From: Schmidtea polychroa
Taxonomy: Eukaryota
Assembly: GCA_044892525.1 (NCBI GenBank)
Contig: CM097887.1
Span: 35,526,001-35,590,000 of the forward strand
Length of the DNA: 64,000 nucleotides
Direction of reading: 5' to 3'
Position 1 is the stretch's first letter. The number at the start of each line of letters is the position of its first letter. A model generated the notes under the pieces. That model saw nothing but the letters and a program-made list of their open reading frames with translations. It ran no database searches and was not told the DNA's origin. Of this stretch, positions 1-10,855 are shown in pieces. The translations under genes were made by a program, and so were the position numbers.

Positions 1-1874
1 TTGGTGATCTCTGCTTATGTTCCATCACTAATTTCCGATCCCGAAATCCATCGGGAAACAAGTTCAACTATTGTTTACCGGCCTCACTCGAACTTCTTTC
101 GCTGACAACCAGGAGTAGGTCTAACTATTTATTTATTGCTTGCCGTATGTATCATTTACTGTATATTGTAAGCATTTTATCAATCATTATTAGAATTGCA
201 CATCAAATTGTTTAAATAAAATGGAAAAAATTGATCAAAATTATTATACTAGAAACTTTAATTACATTCACCAAATTAAGATTAAAGTATTAAAAACTAA
301 ATAAACTTATCCCCATTCAATGCCTGTTGATATCGCTGCTTCGAAATGTCACCTTATTTACCATGGAAAGATCTAATTCTACTATCGTAAATTCGATTCT
401 CCTTCCTTGACATATTATTTATCTCATAATCTGATTATCCTAAGAACGATCTCTCGGCTACATATCTCCTTTCCCAATTAAGTTAGCCTGTTTTATAACT
501 GAACCTCAATTTATATTTTTATTTATGATGAAATCGGGATGGCTGAACATCTTTTGTTTCAGGATCTAAAAGTTGCTCTAAAGTTGCTAAAACTTGAAAA
601 TTTATCAATTTTACAAATATATATAATACTCAATAAAGGTTAAAATTTATTGGCATTGTATGAAAATAATTACAAAGAAATTAATTTATTAATGGTGATT
701 TTTGTGGGGGTTGGTAAGAAAACCAAAAAAATTTTATATATAAAAGGAAGGCATAACAAATATTGGTAAAGTCAATAGAAGTGAAAAATTAATTAAAAGT
801 TACTAAAAATCAAAAATCAACTATCGAGTTTGTTTGAACGCCAAATTGATAAACGAGTTCAGAAATTATAATGAAAATTTGATAAGGAGTTCACATAGAA
901 AGTTAATGGGGAAAAACAAATTAATTAATCTGTAATGGAAATCCCGAGCCAATGGGAAATCCGAAGCGCAGTGAGACCAGATCGATCAGATAATAGAGTG
1001 AATATTCCGAGCATCAATCTAGAACAAAAAATTAAAATAATTTGGAAACCTCAAATGTTTATCTAGGATTCCCGGGAGACAATTAATTGCAATTCTGTAG
1101 ATACATTTAACCATAGAGTCAATGCCAAATCTACAAGCAGCCCTACAATATTTAAATGACACCCTCTTTAGACGACATTTCAATTTATTCCAATTCCTCA
1201 GATTTGAGCATTTTTCCATTTCGTGTCTGATTGTAACCTTTTATAGCTGTTTTCGTCATCTTTCTTTGCTTGACCGCCCTTCTCTTTCGTTCAATTTCGG
1301 TTTCATAGTAGTCTATAAACTCGTGTATCCAGCATTTTAGCGACGAGTATACAGCTGATTGGCACAGTACCAAAGTGTAACCCAAGGATCAATATTATGC
1401 GCATCAGCAAAGTAAGTTATGGTTTTTAGATGTCAAGTCTAACTAACTGATACAAAGTATATGCACCAATGGAATGCAACAAAATTTCTGAAGGTCAAAA
1501 GAATAAAAACTTTAAAATTCATTTTAAATTATGCCATTAAAATAAGTTATCTATTTCGAACAATTTAATAATTAAAATAATCTTTTATGTAAGAGGGAGA
1601 GCTGTAATAACATCAAACGCTATTCAACATTTATTAAACCATTTTTAGTTATTAGACATAAAATAATTTCGAAATTCAGTAAAACTGGGAAAGCTATTTA
1701 CATGATCAAAATCCTCATAAAAAAACTTGAACAAATGAATTTTTATTTTCTCGATATTCAATCCAATTCAAAACCAAAATAGATAACTTAAACAATCAAC
1801 GCATAAAAAAGCTAAATAAGAATTCTGATATTTGATAAAAAAAATAACTAATTTGGTTTTTATTTTACTACAAG

Positions 1875-2278
1875 TTATTTTTTCGTAAGAAAATTATTTA
1901 AGAAGTCGCTACTAATCTTGGTTTCGTCTTTGCTAAAATAATGCATAACATGAGTTCGTTGTTTCCATATTAGTGCTGTTTCTCGTAGTTCATTCTGACC
2001 CTTGAAATCATTTTATTATAAAAATTTTTTATTAAAATTTGTACCCGAAAAATTAATAAATCAATTATTCTAATATCTTTTACATTTTTTTGTTTCAGAA
2101 ATTCATCTCTTATTTTATCATAAAACATTTTCTCGGTAGCGGGAATATCATATTCCTTAATTATATATGGAACTTGGCGATACCAAGCTTTATAAAGAAG
2201 GAGAACTTTATGTCTAGCTTCTTCAAACGTTCTGGAAAGAATAGGTCGAACAGTTTTCAATTTCCCGATTTGACTCAT
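1875..2278 (-). CDS. NDUFA6: NADH dehydrogenase (complex I) alpha subcomplex subunit 6, LYR family; 2 coding exons (2278-2045, 2000-1875), 44-nt GT-AG intron, about 119 aa
   Basis: Exon 1 MSQIGK..VRPILSRTFEEARHKVLLLYKAWYRQVP..DKIRDEF..DIRIIDLLIFR. A GT at 2044 and tttcaAG at 2001 splice in frame to GQNELRETALIWKQRTHVMHYFSKDETKISSDFLNNFLTKK*. LYxAWYR and WKQRTHVM match the NDUFA6 family. Confidence 0.93.
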
Positions 2279-2684
2279 TCTAAATAACAATAAATATTCC
2301 TTAAATAAATCATATTATATATAAAATACTAATATTGCTAAATTATTAATATATTAATTATAAATAATTAAGAATATAGTTTAATTTTAAATGATATTAA
2401 TAAAATGTTTAGCAAATTTATTTAATAAAACAATATTACAAAATATAGTGGATTTAAATATATTTTAATTCAATCATTTTATTGAACTATTTTGCAAAAT
2501 TTCAACAGAATTTAACCGAATTTTTTTCAAAATCATACTCGTAATTGGACGAAAGTTTTTCATTTCGTTTAAAATAAATTCATAAATTTTTTAGAATATT
2601 AGCAATTTGAGTTAAAGATGCGCTATAATTATAAGTTACAACTAATCAGTCTGTAAAGTCTAAAGTTTCAATGAAAAACAATTG

Positions 2685-2995
2685 AAGAATATAATGTAAT
2701 ACTTCAAGCTGTACTTACAAGAATTCAAAATGCAAGTTTTAAGATGCATCCTGAGAAATTTGAGTTTTACAGAAAGAAATTTGTTTTTCTTAGTCATACT
2801 ATAACTATGGGATTCATCCAAATGATAAAAAGATAGAAAATAATAAAAATGATATACTGAAATTCCAAAATATGCAAATCAATTAAGGTACTTTTAGGTA
2901 TGATAAATTATTATAGAAGATTCAAAAAGTATTACGCAAAGATCGCAATTCTTATTTATGCAGCGAGAACAAGATGCGAAAAAGATTACTTGGTC
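2685..2995 (+). pseudogene. Degenerate Ty3/gypsy reverse transcriptase fragment (older element)
   Basis: Frameshifted translation: LQAVLTRIQNASFKMHPEKFEF..FVFLSHTI..GIHPNDKK..FLGMINYYRRF..YAKIA, the typical RT palm/thumb region. Confidence 0.7.
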
Positions 2996-3557
2996 ATGTT
3001 GTGCTAGAATTGGTTTTGAACAGAAGTGGTTGAATCATGAATGAAAAACGTCCGGGCATAGCACACCGACATAACATCAAGTTGAGTTAAAATCAAACAC
3101 GTCCAAACATCAATTAAACCACCAAATAGAATCTACTCAACACAAAAATAATAAACAAAAAAATTAACTAAATTGAAACAAAAACAAAAAGTATTACATG
3201 AAATCCACTCAAACTCAACATAGTGTTGGGCTGAGTCGAAAATTTAATCGTTGAAAAATAGGAAAGTAAGGAAGTAGAACATTAAGAAAAATAATAATAA
3301 AATAAATAAAATCAGAAATAAAATAGAATAAGATATAAGGAAAATAATAAGTAAGACATAAGAATTAAAACAAAAAATAAAATTAAGAAAAGATTAAAAT
3401 AGAACAAGTTGACAAATAAATAAAGAGGAATTCAAGAAATAATAAGGAAATTAAGGAAATAAATAGAAAAACATATTAAAAATAAAGAAAATAAGGAAAA
3501 AACAACCTAAAAACAAGAAAATTATATTAAATTAATAGAAATAAGCGGTACTCAACT

Positions 3558-3692
3558 CTGATTGGTCCGCACAAATAAGAATTTGATATATATACAACTA
3601 CCAAAAACATTAAATTTACTGTTAACCCCGAGCATTTCATAGGTAAGAAAAATGTTTACTGTTGTTTACTGTTAACCCCGAGCATTTCATAG
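3558..3692 (+). promoter_or_regulatory. Candidate LTR promoter: inverted CCAAT (ctgATTGGt), TATA-like gatatatatac, duplicated 28-bp element and a GTAAG donor-like site
   Basis: ATTGG near 3561; TATATATA near 3586; tttactgttaaccccgagcatttcatag at 3615-3642 and 3665-3692; first copy followed by gtaag (3643). Motif pattern only. Confidence 0.35.
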
Positions 3693-6096
3693 ACATCTAC
3701 AACTCACGGAGACTTATTTCAAGGATCAGCAATACAAGTAGAGCAACAGTTAATTCGAAAAACTTCACAGCAATTCGAACTCAGTCACAGCAATCGACAT
3801 TCGACGAACTATCATCAGACTAATTTGGAACGACTAACGTTAATTTTCCGATTCAGCCTAATTCCATAGTAAGGGATTTTTATTTATGATATTGTTTTTC
3901 GAAGTTAATAGTAAATATGTATATTTAATGAGCAATTAAACTTTTAAATTTAACCAGACTCTCTTTTCATTTGGTCCTGAATAACGATTTTGATAAAGTA
4001 AATAATTTAAATGTTTAAAAGTATTTATTGGTAACAGGTGAACTCTTACATAATTTTTATGGATATTTATTTTGAAGTGATAGTTTTATGATTTCTAATA
4101 TTAACGAGAAACGTGGCGTTGAGATACTCCATGTCATGGTGTGAGGTGCCTTCGGGAGCTCAGCCGGTGGACATGGAGTATTTCAATCACGCAGCTAGAT
4201 TGGGCCGAAATGTGAAGGCTTCTTCACGGGTCCAATTGCTGAAGGACTTAAAATCTGTCGGAGTACCGAAATATAGACCGAAAGGAAACCTTCTGAAATT
4301 TTCGAAAATAGGATATGTGCTTCACAGCGACTGAGGGAGTTCTCATATTAACTCTGTATTGTCCAGAGTCGTCTTACAAGACATTCATGCCACTTCTGTC
4401 TATAAATCCGAACTTACCATGTGGGGGAAAATACCATTAAACATCCATCGCTGGCTTTTCTAACATATCGAGAAGTTGAAATTGCATTCGGTAGATTTTT
4501 GAAAAAGTAACTCTAATTTAGGTCATCTCTTTCAGATGCGACATTCAAATCCTAGCATATGATGAGGAATTTACAATAAGGGAAAAATAAAACATAAAAC
4601 CACAATAATACTGTATTCAATCACATATATTAACAAAATCTGGTAATACCCATTGAATAATTTTCATGCTGTTGCGTCGAAATATCCACTACTGAAATAT
4701 GCTTCATAGAGTCTAGTTGGCTGGTTCGTAGAGATCTTCCATCGTTCAAAAGCATCCAATATTGAGGAAATTACGAGTCGTAGTAAATAAATCCAACATC
4801 ATAAGCTCAGATGGGAATCGACACGCGATGTAACATTTGCAGTTCGCTCAGTACGGTTGATAGTTACAGATAAAATTTCCATCGAATAGGCACCCATACA
4901 TACAGACATACTGCTAACATAACTATGAGTAGCGTCATCCGGTCAGAAATATGCATGAGAAACAGCAGAATCATTCCGAATGCCTCTCACCGCAGGGAAT
5001 GCCGCCATGTGTCACCCTCTCTAGGATTCTTAGTGTGTGAGTAGTAATCAGTGGTCCTATTAGATAATGCTGACATGAGATGTGACTTCCAGATGACTGA
5101 CTCTTAAATTTCACTACTGATAAAGGCCATTCGTACCACTAAAAAGATAAGCCAAATAACCAGTAACCGACTACTAAGATAAGGGACTCTCTAAAGTGCA
5201 CTCATTAAAGATAATTTTGCTTAAATTAAATATTCTAAATAAAAATCGAAATTGTTGAAGGGGTATTTTAATTAATAATCGAAAATTCAAACCAAACTTT
5301 ATAACTAAACCATAGGAAGTTTTACCTAAGTGTTGTAGAGGTTTATCGTAATTCTAATTAGATGTTACAAATAATAGTAGTAGCCTTCGAGCCAAATTTA
5401 AATTAACTAAAGTATCTACAGGAATTTTTGGGTTATAAAATAGCTAGTAATATTGTAGTTAAATTTCTCATATTCCCTGTAAATGACGTATTGTAATAGA
5501 AAACTAAATCCGATAACAAATTATTATGTAATTACAATATTTTTACGATGCTATATTTCTACGACGATATCACCATATGGTATGGATAAGGGGTAATCCT
5601 AAAATAGTGACGTATAGTTTATACGAAATTACGAGTCGTTACTTATTCCGCTACTTGAAGTGAGGGTGCAAGTTTTTACTAGTTGCATTTGGTCCAAAAA
5701 CCTTATTTTGCATTAGAATAACAACAAATAATCAGCGAAATTTAAACGAAGTGTAGTATAGTGTATTTGTAATGAAATAGGTTTATTCACTCCGGCATGA
5801 ACCAATCCGTCAATTGCCGTTATGTGCGATAGATAGAAATCCAACTCGAACGCGACAGACGAAAATTAAAATTTTTACAAATAATTTGCATTCGTCAGGG
5901 AAGCAATCAGGGCGTTGAGGAATAATTTTTGTAAAGGATACGTAAAATATTAGTAATCAAGGGTGAAGGGAAGGACCCTGTTTCATCGACTCGTCTTGTT
6001 TTCTTCCAGCACTAAGTATCCAATAGCGAATAAACCGTATATCTGATCCGAAATTTTTGGATATAGTCATCATAGTTTTCTTCTTTAGCCATCCAT

Positions 6097-6849
6097 ATGT
6101 TATCAAACCACAAATCAGCTCTACGTCCCTGCTTCTCCTGCTCAGATAAAAATGCAGTGATTACAGATCTCCAAGCCCAGATCGGTCGATATAAACGAAA
6201 AATCGACGAGCTGGAAGGGACATGGTTTAGTCCCGCTCGGATGAAGGAGATCCAAAAGAAGCTCGATCGCAGCGAGCATTGCCGGGACGCGCTAATATCT
6301 GAGAGCCGTGCCCAAAGAAGTCTAATCAGAGAACAATCCGAGGCACTGCATAAGGTTTACGTGCAGGCGGCTACAACCCGAAAAATTGTGCAGATTCCCA
6401 TCCGAGAGGCCGATGACATCTTTCCGCCTCATCACAACCTTTCCTCGAATCCATCTCCACCGTTCAAGAGACCGTGCCGAGACTGCGTCGAAACCGAATT
6501 TTCCCCCAAGCGACCAGATGTTGTCGTCACGGGTACCAGTAAGCCCCCCACTGCTAGTCCATCTGTACCTGTCACCCTTCTGCAAGTGGCATCTTCAAGC
6601 AAACCCAAGCGCAAACAACTCTCTCGTGCAGAGCGCAAGAAGAGACAGCGCGAACGCGCCACTACAAAGCCAAACATCCCATCAATAGAGGGTTCAACCA
6701 ACGGTGGTAACTCTCACGTGTCCATCGACCTAACAACGGGACCCTCAGCACGAATCGTATCAGCCGCTGGCGTAACGTGGGAAGAGAACGCTTCCGAGTT
6801 TTTTAACCTCGACGAATTATTCGCCGACGCTGAATGGGAGAAACAATAG
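6097..6849 (+). CDS. LTR-encoded 250-aa protein (coiled coil, basic NLS-like tract, acidic/aromatic C-terminus)
   Basis: Intact in both LTRs; preceded by pyrimidine-rich ttttcttctttAG and followed by AATAAA at 6973; KPKRKQLSRAERKKRQR; ends FFNLDELFADAEWEKQ. Confidence 0.7.
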   Translation: MLSNHKSALRPCFSCSDKNAVITDLQAQIGRYKRKIDELEGTWFSPARMKEIQKKLDRSEHCRDALISESRAQRSLIREQSEALHKVYVQAATTRKIVQIPIREADDIFPPHHNLSSNPSPPFKRPCRDCVETEFSPKRPDVVVTGTSKPPTASPSVPVTLLQVASSSKPKRKQLSRAERKKRQRERATTKPNIPSIEGSTNGGNSHVSIDLTTGPSARIVSAAGVTWEENASEFFNLDELFADAEWEKQ

Positions 6850-7390
6850 AACCCCAGTGGCGGTCAGGATGAAGAACAAGGATCCGATCTATGTTGATTA
6901 TGATGTTTTCTCTTCTTTCGACAAACATTAGTAAAGTGTACAGCTGAATCCTTGTGTCATAACGTTGAAATTAATAAATCTTGTTGTCTTGCACGTTTTC
7001 GTTCATGAATAATTAGACTTTAATTAAGTGGGTTGAGTAGAGAACCCGCCAGATCTAGTGAGAAATTCCCAATTTGTATTCAGCGAATCCTGATAAGTGG
7101 TTGTGTAAGGAAATGGACGTAAGCCCTTCTAACGGCAGTCGTGAATGGGAAGTCGAGGCCTCAGCAAGGAGTAGTTTTAAGGCAGAAGCTCACCTGCTTG
7201 CTGGCGTCTCGCCTGCATAGTGCAGTACCAACGTGAAGTGATTCACGGGCACTATGTTGGAAGAAAGTTATGTGGGGTTTCACTCCAGGTTGACAAATCG
7301 GTGGCACCTTTTATTCGAGATGGACAATCAACCCTTAGACCCGTCAACATGGTAGAGTGGTCAGCCGAGGTGTAACCCCAACATGATTTT

Positions 7391-7408
7391 TGGGGGCTCA
7401 GCCGGGAT
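7391..7408 (+). promoter_or_regulatory. Primer binding site, tRNA-Pro type
   Basis: TGGGGGCTCAGCCGGGAT is 16/18 identical to the classical tRNA-Pro PBS TGGGGGCTCGTCCGGGAT; 7 nt downstream of the LTR end. Confidence 0.88.
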
Positions 7409-7725
7409 CTACAGTCGATTGAAATTTCTATCAACGAATGCGAAATTTACCGGGATTTTCATACAAAATTAAAGGGATTTATCACATCGATTTTCTGTTT
7501 TCGACCAACCATTGCTTGACGAATGCAAATTGACTATTGATTATTAAATTATATTAGGAACTAAGTAGAGAAAATCAAAATGTGGATAATAGAAAAATTA
7601 AGGATATATATAAATAAAGGAGATAAAGTAGTCAAATTAAATAATTAACAAGGGTTAAAGAAACCAATTAACGAATTAACTATTAATTTACTACATATTA
7701 TTAAAACATTACTTTTCCAACAGCT

Positions 7726-8211
7726 ATGACAGAATTCGCGAACCAAATGCAACAACTGCTCAAGTTTATCGATATAGAAAACGACTCCCTAACAACACTG
7801 ACGCATAAAAGAGAAAAAATCAACGCGATATTACTACAAGCAATCGGACAAACACCAGTCGTACCTAATCATATGATATTAGCCACAGGCCTAAGTCGCC
7901 CAGATGGAAAAATAAACCCCGAAACCGTATATCAGTGGTATCAAGAGAGATTGAACCACCCAACATTAAATCTAGATTATCAGCGTCTAAAAGACTCACT
8001 AAATACAATACCAGATGCAATCGAACAAAAAATACAGGAAAAAGTTAACCAATTACGAACTTGTATAGCCTGTAAACTCCGTCCTATTCGCGTATTATTC
8101 TTGCCGTGTGGACACCTCAGTCACTGTGAAGAGTGTGTAAAAGACCTAAAAAGATGCACGATGTGCAAATATGAAATAAAAGAGACCCATATGGTCTATT
8201 ATGGCGAATGA
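7726..8211 (+). CDS. 161-aa protein with C-terminal IAP/MDM2-type C3HC4 RING (putative E3 ligase)
   Basis: CIAC-x10-LPCGH-x3-CEEC-x6-CTMC near the C-terminus, as in IAP RINGs; acceptor-like ttttccaacAG 2 nt before the ATG; AATAAA at 8316 and 8354. Confidence 0.85.
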   Translation: MTEFANQMQQLLKFIDIENDSLTTLTHKREKINAILLQAIGQTPVVPNHMILATGLSRPDGKINPETVYQWYQERLNHPTLNLDYQRLKDSLNTIPDAIEQKIQEKVNQLRTCIACKLRPIRVLFLPCGHLSHCEECVKDLKRCTMCKYEIKETHMVYYGE

Positions 8212-8818
8212 AACGGCCGGCGATGTAACAGCAAGTATACGATGTTTGAACAAGAATGCATGAAATTGTTGAAGTAACACGTACTGTTAATGATTCAATC
8301 TTTATGTTTATGATAAATAAATTCGTCTTTAAAAAGTTGTGATGATTAGGACTAATAAAATTTGCATGACGAATGAATATTTGCGTGTTTGTTTTGTTTT
8401 ATTTTTTTTTTTCGGAATCAAATGAAGAGAGGGTGGAATAACGTGGAATTAGTCCCAATATAGACTGCAGGGGTACAAACCGAGCCACCTTCGGGCGGTA
8501 CGTCTTATTGCAAGAACCCGTTGGGAGGGGATAACTGATCAACCCAAGTAAGAAGCGTAGGGCGGGGTACCATCGCATATGATGAGAAGTTTTTGCGACA
8601 TGACTGATCACCATGCCAATGTAGAAATGGATCATCGCGATCGTCGTGCGTTTTGAGCAAGGGGGGAAAGGGGAAACACTCCCAAGCGGTAAAGATTAAG
8701 TCGACAAATTAAAGTAGACAGAGAAAATGGTAAACTAGAGTAAAAGAAGAAAAGAGAAATAGAAGCATGCAGAGCGAGGAATATTGAAGCCGAGCTGTCG
8801 AATAATCCAGCTGGTCAA

Positions 8819-9598
8819 GGAGGAAGACTGAGCTGTTGAATAGTGCCAGCCAGTCGTAAGGTCGAGTTGTGAAAAGTCCAACCGATCAGGAAGGAGGAAG
8901 ACTGAGCTGTTGAATAGTGCCAGCCAGTCGTAAGGTCGAGTTGTGAAAAGTCCAACCGATCAGGAAGGAGGAAGACTGAGCTGTTGAATAGTGCCAGCCA
9001 GTCGTAAGGTCGAGTTGTGAAAAGTCCAACCGATCAGGAAGGAGGAAGACTGAGCTGTTGAATAGTGCCAGCCAGTCGTAAGGTCGAGTTGTGAAAAGTC
9101 CAACCGATCAGGAAGGAGGAAGACTGAGCTGTTGAATAGTGCCAGCCAGTCGTAAGGTCGAGTTGTGAAAAGTCCAACCGATCAGGAAGGAGGAAGACTG
9201 AGCTGTTGAATAGTGCCAGCCAGTCGTAAGGTCGAGTTGTGAAAAGTCCAACCGATCAGGAAGGAGGAAGACTGAGCTGTTGAATAGTGCCAGCCAGTCG
9301 TAAGGTCGAGTTGTGAAAAGTCCAACCGATCAGGAAGGAGGAAGACTGAGCTGTTGAATAGTGCCAGCCAGTCGTAAGGTCGAGTTGTGAAAAGTCCAAC
9401 CGATCAGGAAGGAGGAAGATTGAGCTGTTGAATAGTGCCAGCCAGTCGTAAGGTCGAGTTGTGAAAAGTCCAACCGATCAGGAAGGAGGAAGATTGAGCT
9501 GTTGAATAGTGCCAGCCAGTCGTAAGATTGAGTTGTTGAATAGTCCAACCGATCAGAAGGAAGAAGATTGAGCTGTTGAATAGTGCCAGCCAGTCGTA
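8819..9598 (+). repeat. Tandem array of a 74-bp unit, about 10.5 copies (8 identical), in the 5' leader
   Basis: Units start at 8821, 8895, 8969, 9043, 9117, 9191, 9265, 9339, 9413 and 9487; each unit is a 34-bp plus a 40-bp related half. Confidence 0.95.
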
Positions 9599-10855
9599 AA
9601 GGCCTAGAAAAGCGAGAGATAGCAGTTAAGCTACAATGAGATAATATTTAAATTACTAGTGATATGGAATATTAAAGCTAGCTAGAACAAATTGAATGTA
9701 ATTTTGAAAATTCGAGTTTAGAGAGGAAATAAACGAGCTCGTGGAAAAGAAAATAGGATTATAATGAAAAAGGAAAGGGAAGAAGGAAACGAATTAAAGA
9801 GATAATAGAAAATAAAGAATAGATGAAACGATGATAATGAGTAAAGAGGAAAGTAACTAACTAACTAAAGGGATCCCAGTGAAGTAGAGAAACTCTACGG
9901 AATATTTTTTTTGGTTAAACCGGGAAAATGCATTTTATTGGTTCCAGAGTAGAACCGAGCGTAATAATAGTGAATATGAAAAGTAAAATAGCGACAACAG
10001 CGCAAAAGGATTAGGAAAATGAAAGGGGGGTAATAAGCAGAGACCGACAACGACCTATTTTTACTATAATTGATAACGAATAGATAATTATTACGACTTT
10101 ATAGATAATTGTTACTACCCCATATAGATAATTTAAAATCGACGGAAAATACGGGCTGATGGGATATTATAACCCGCAGAAAGGATTTCACAAAAGATAG
10201 GGGAAGCACAAACAGAAACCTAAAAGGTGTCTGTTTTTGAACGTTGTAGAAAGAATGATGAAGTCGTGTAAGCAAATGCAACACGAGATCATTTTTTCAT
10301 TTTAGATATCAAGCCAATCCAGCCAACCAAGACAATCCAGAACCTGCACAAAAGGAATTCGAAGAAATCGACAATCAACCAAGGATAAATCCATTCAGAA
10401 CCCGCACCGAGAGACACAGCAACCGGAAGACTCCCGAACGGAAGAAGTATTAGCAGCCATCTGCCAAGGATTAGAAACACAATCAGAACCGAACGCGACC
10501 AATTCAATAGCCGCTAATTACCAAGAAGCGTAAGAAAGGAATCACGGATAAACCCAATCTTAGATCTTCAAGTAAGCCAGGAGACGTATTATTTTCAGGA
10601 GACGAATTACAACAACTCAAAAGAGGACGATCCATTAAACATCAAAGAGGAATATCACAAGGATCCAGAAGAACCAATCAAGTACCCATATTTGACCAAG
10701 AAAATCTCGGATATACCCCTAGTCGATCTCGAAGTAGAGAAAGTCTGTCCGATATCACTAATAGTTTAGCAACGTCAACCGAAGAATTATCAGCCCAAAG
10801 TTTAGTCACATCGTTAGACAATTTAAAAGAAACAGACGAACCTAGAACACCAATC

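Larger units (their letters stand above)
3224..7383 (+). repeat. 5' LTR (4,160 bp)
   Basis: Direct repeat of 29743-33902 at constant offset 26,519; starts TG, ends CA; 7-bp terminal inverted repeat. Confidence 0.97.

Noticed and set aside
1019-1385. Three short overlapping ORFs left of NDUFA6
   Set aside because: No recognisable protein; likely decayed repeat
4113-4334. 73-aa LTR ORF (and its copy at 30632-30853) and ORFs overlapping the 250-aa LTR gene
   Set aside because: Short, non-ATG start or overlapping a better ORF, no motif; presence in both LTRs is automatic
8819-9598. CRISPR-like array, or a coding repeat (ORF 9330-9548)
   Set aside because: Units are contiguous and identical with no unique spacers, the context is eukaryotic, and the ORF is a by-product of the repeat
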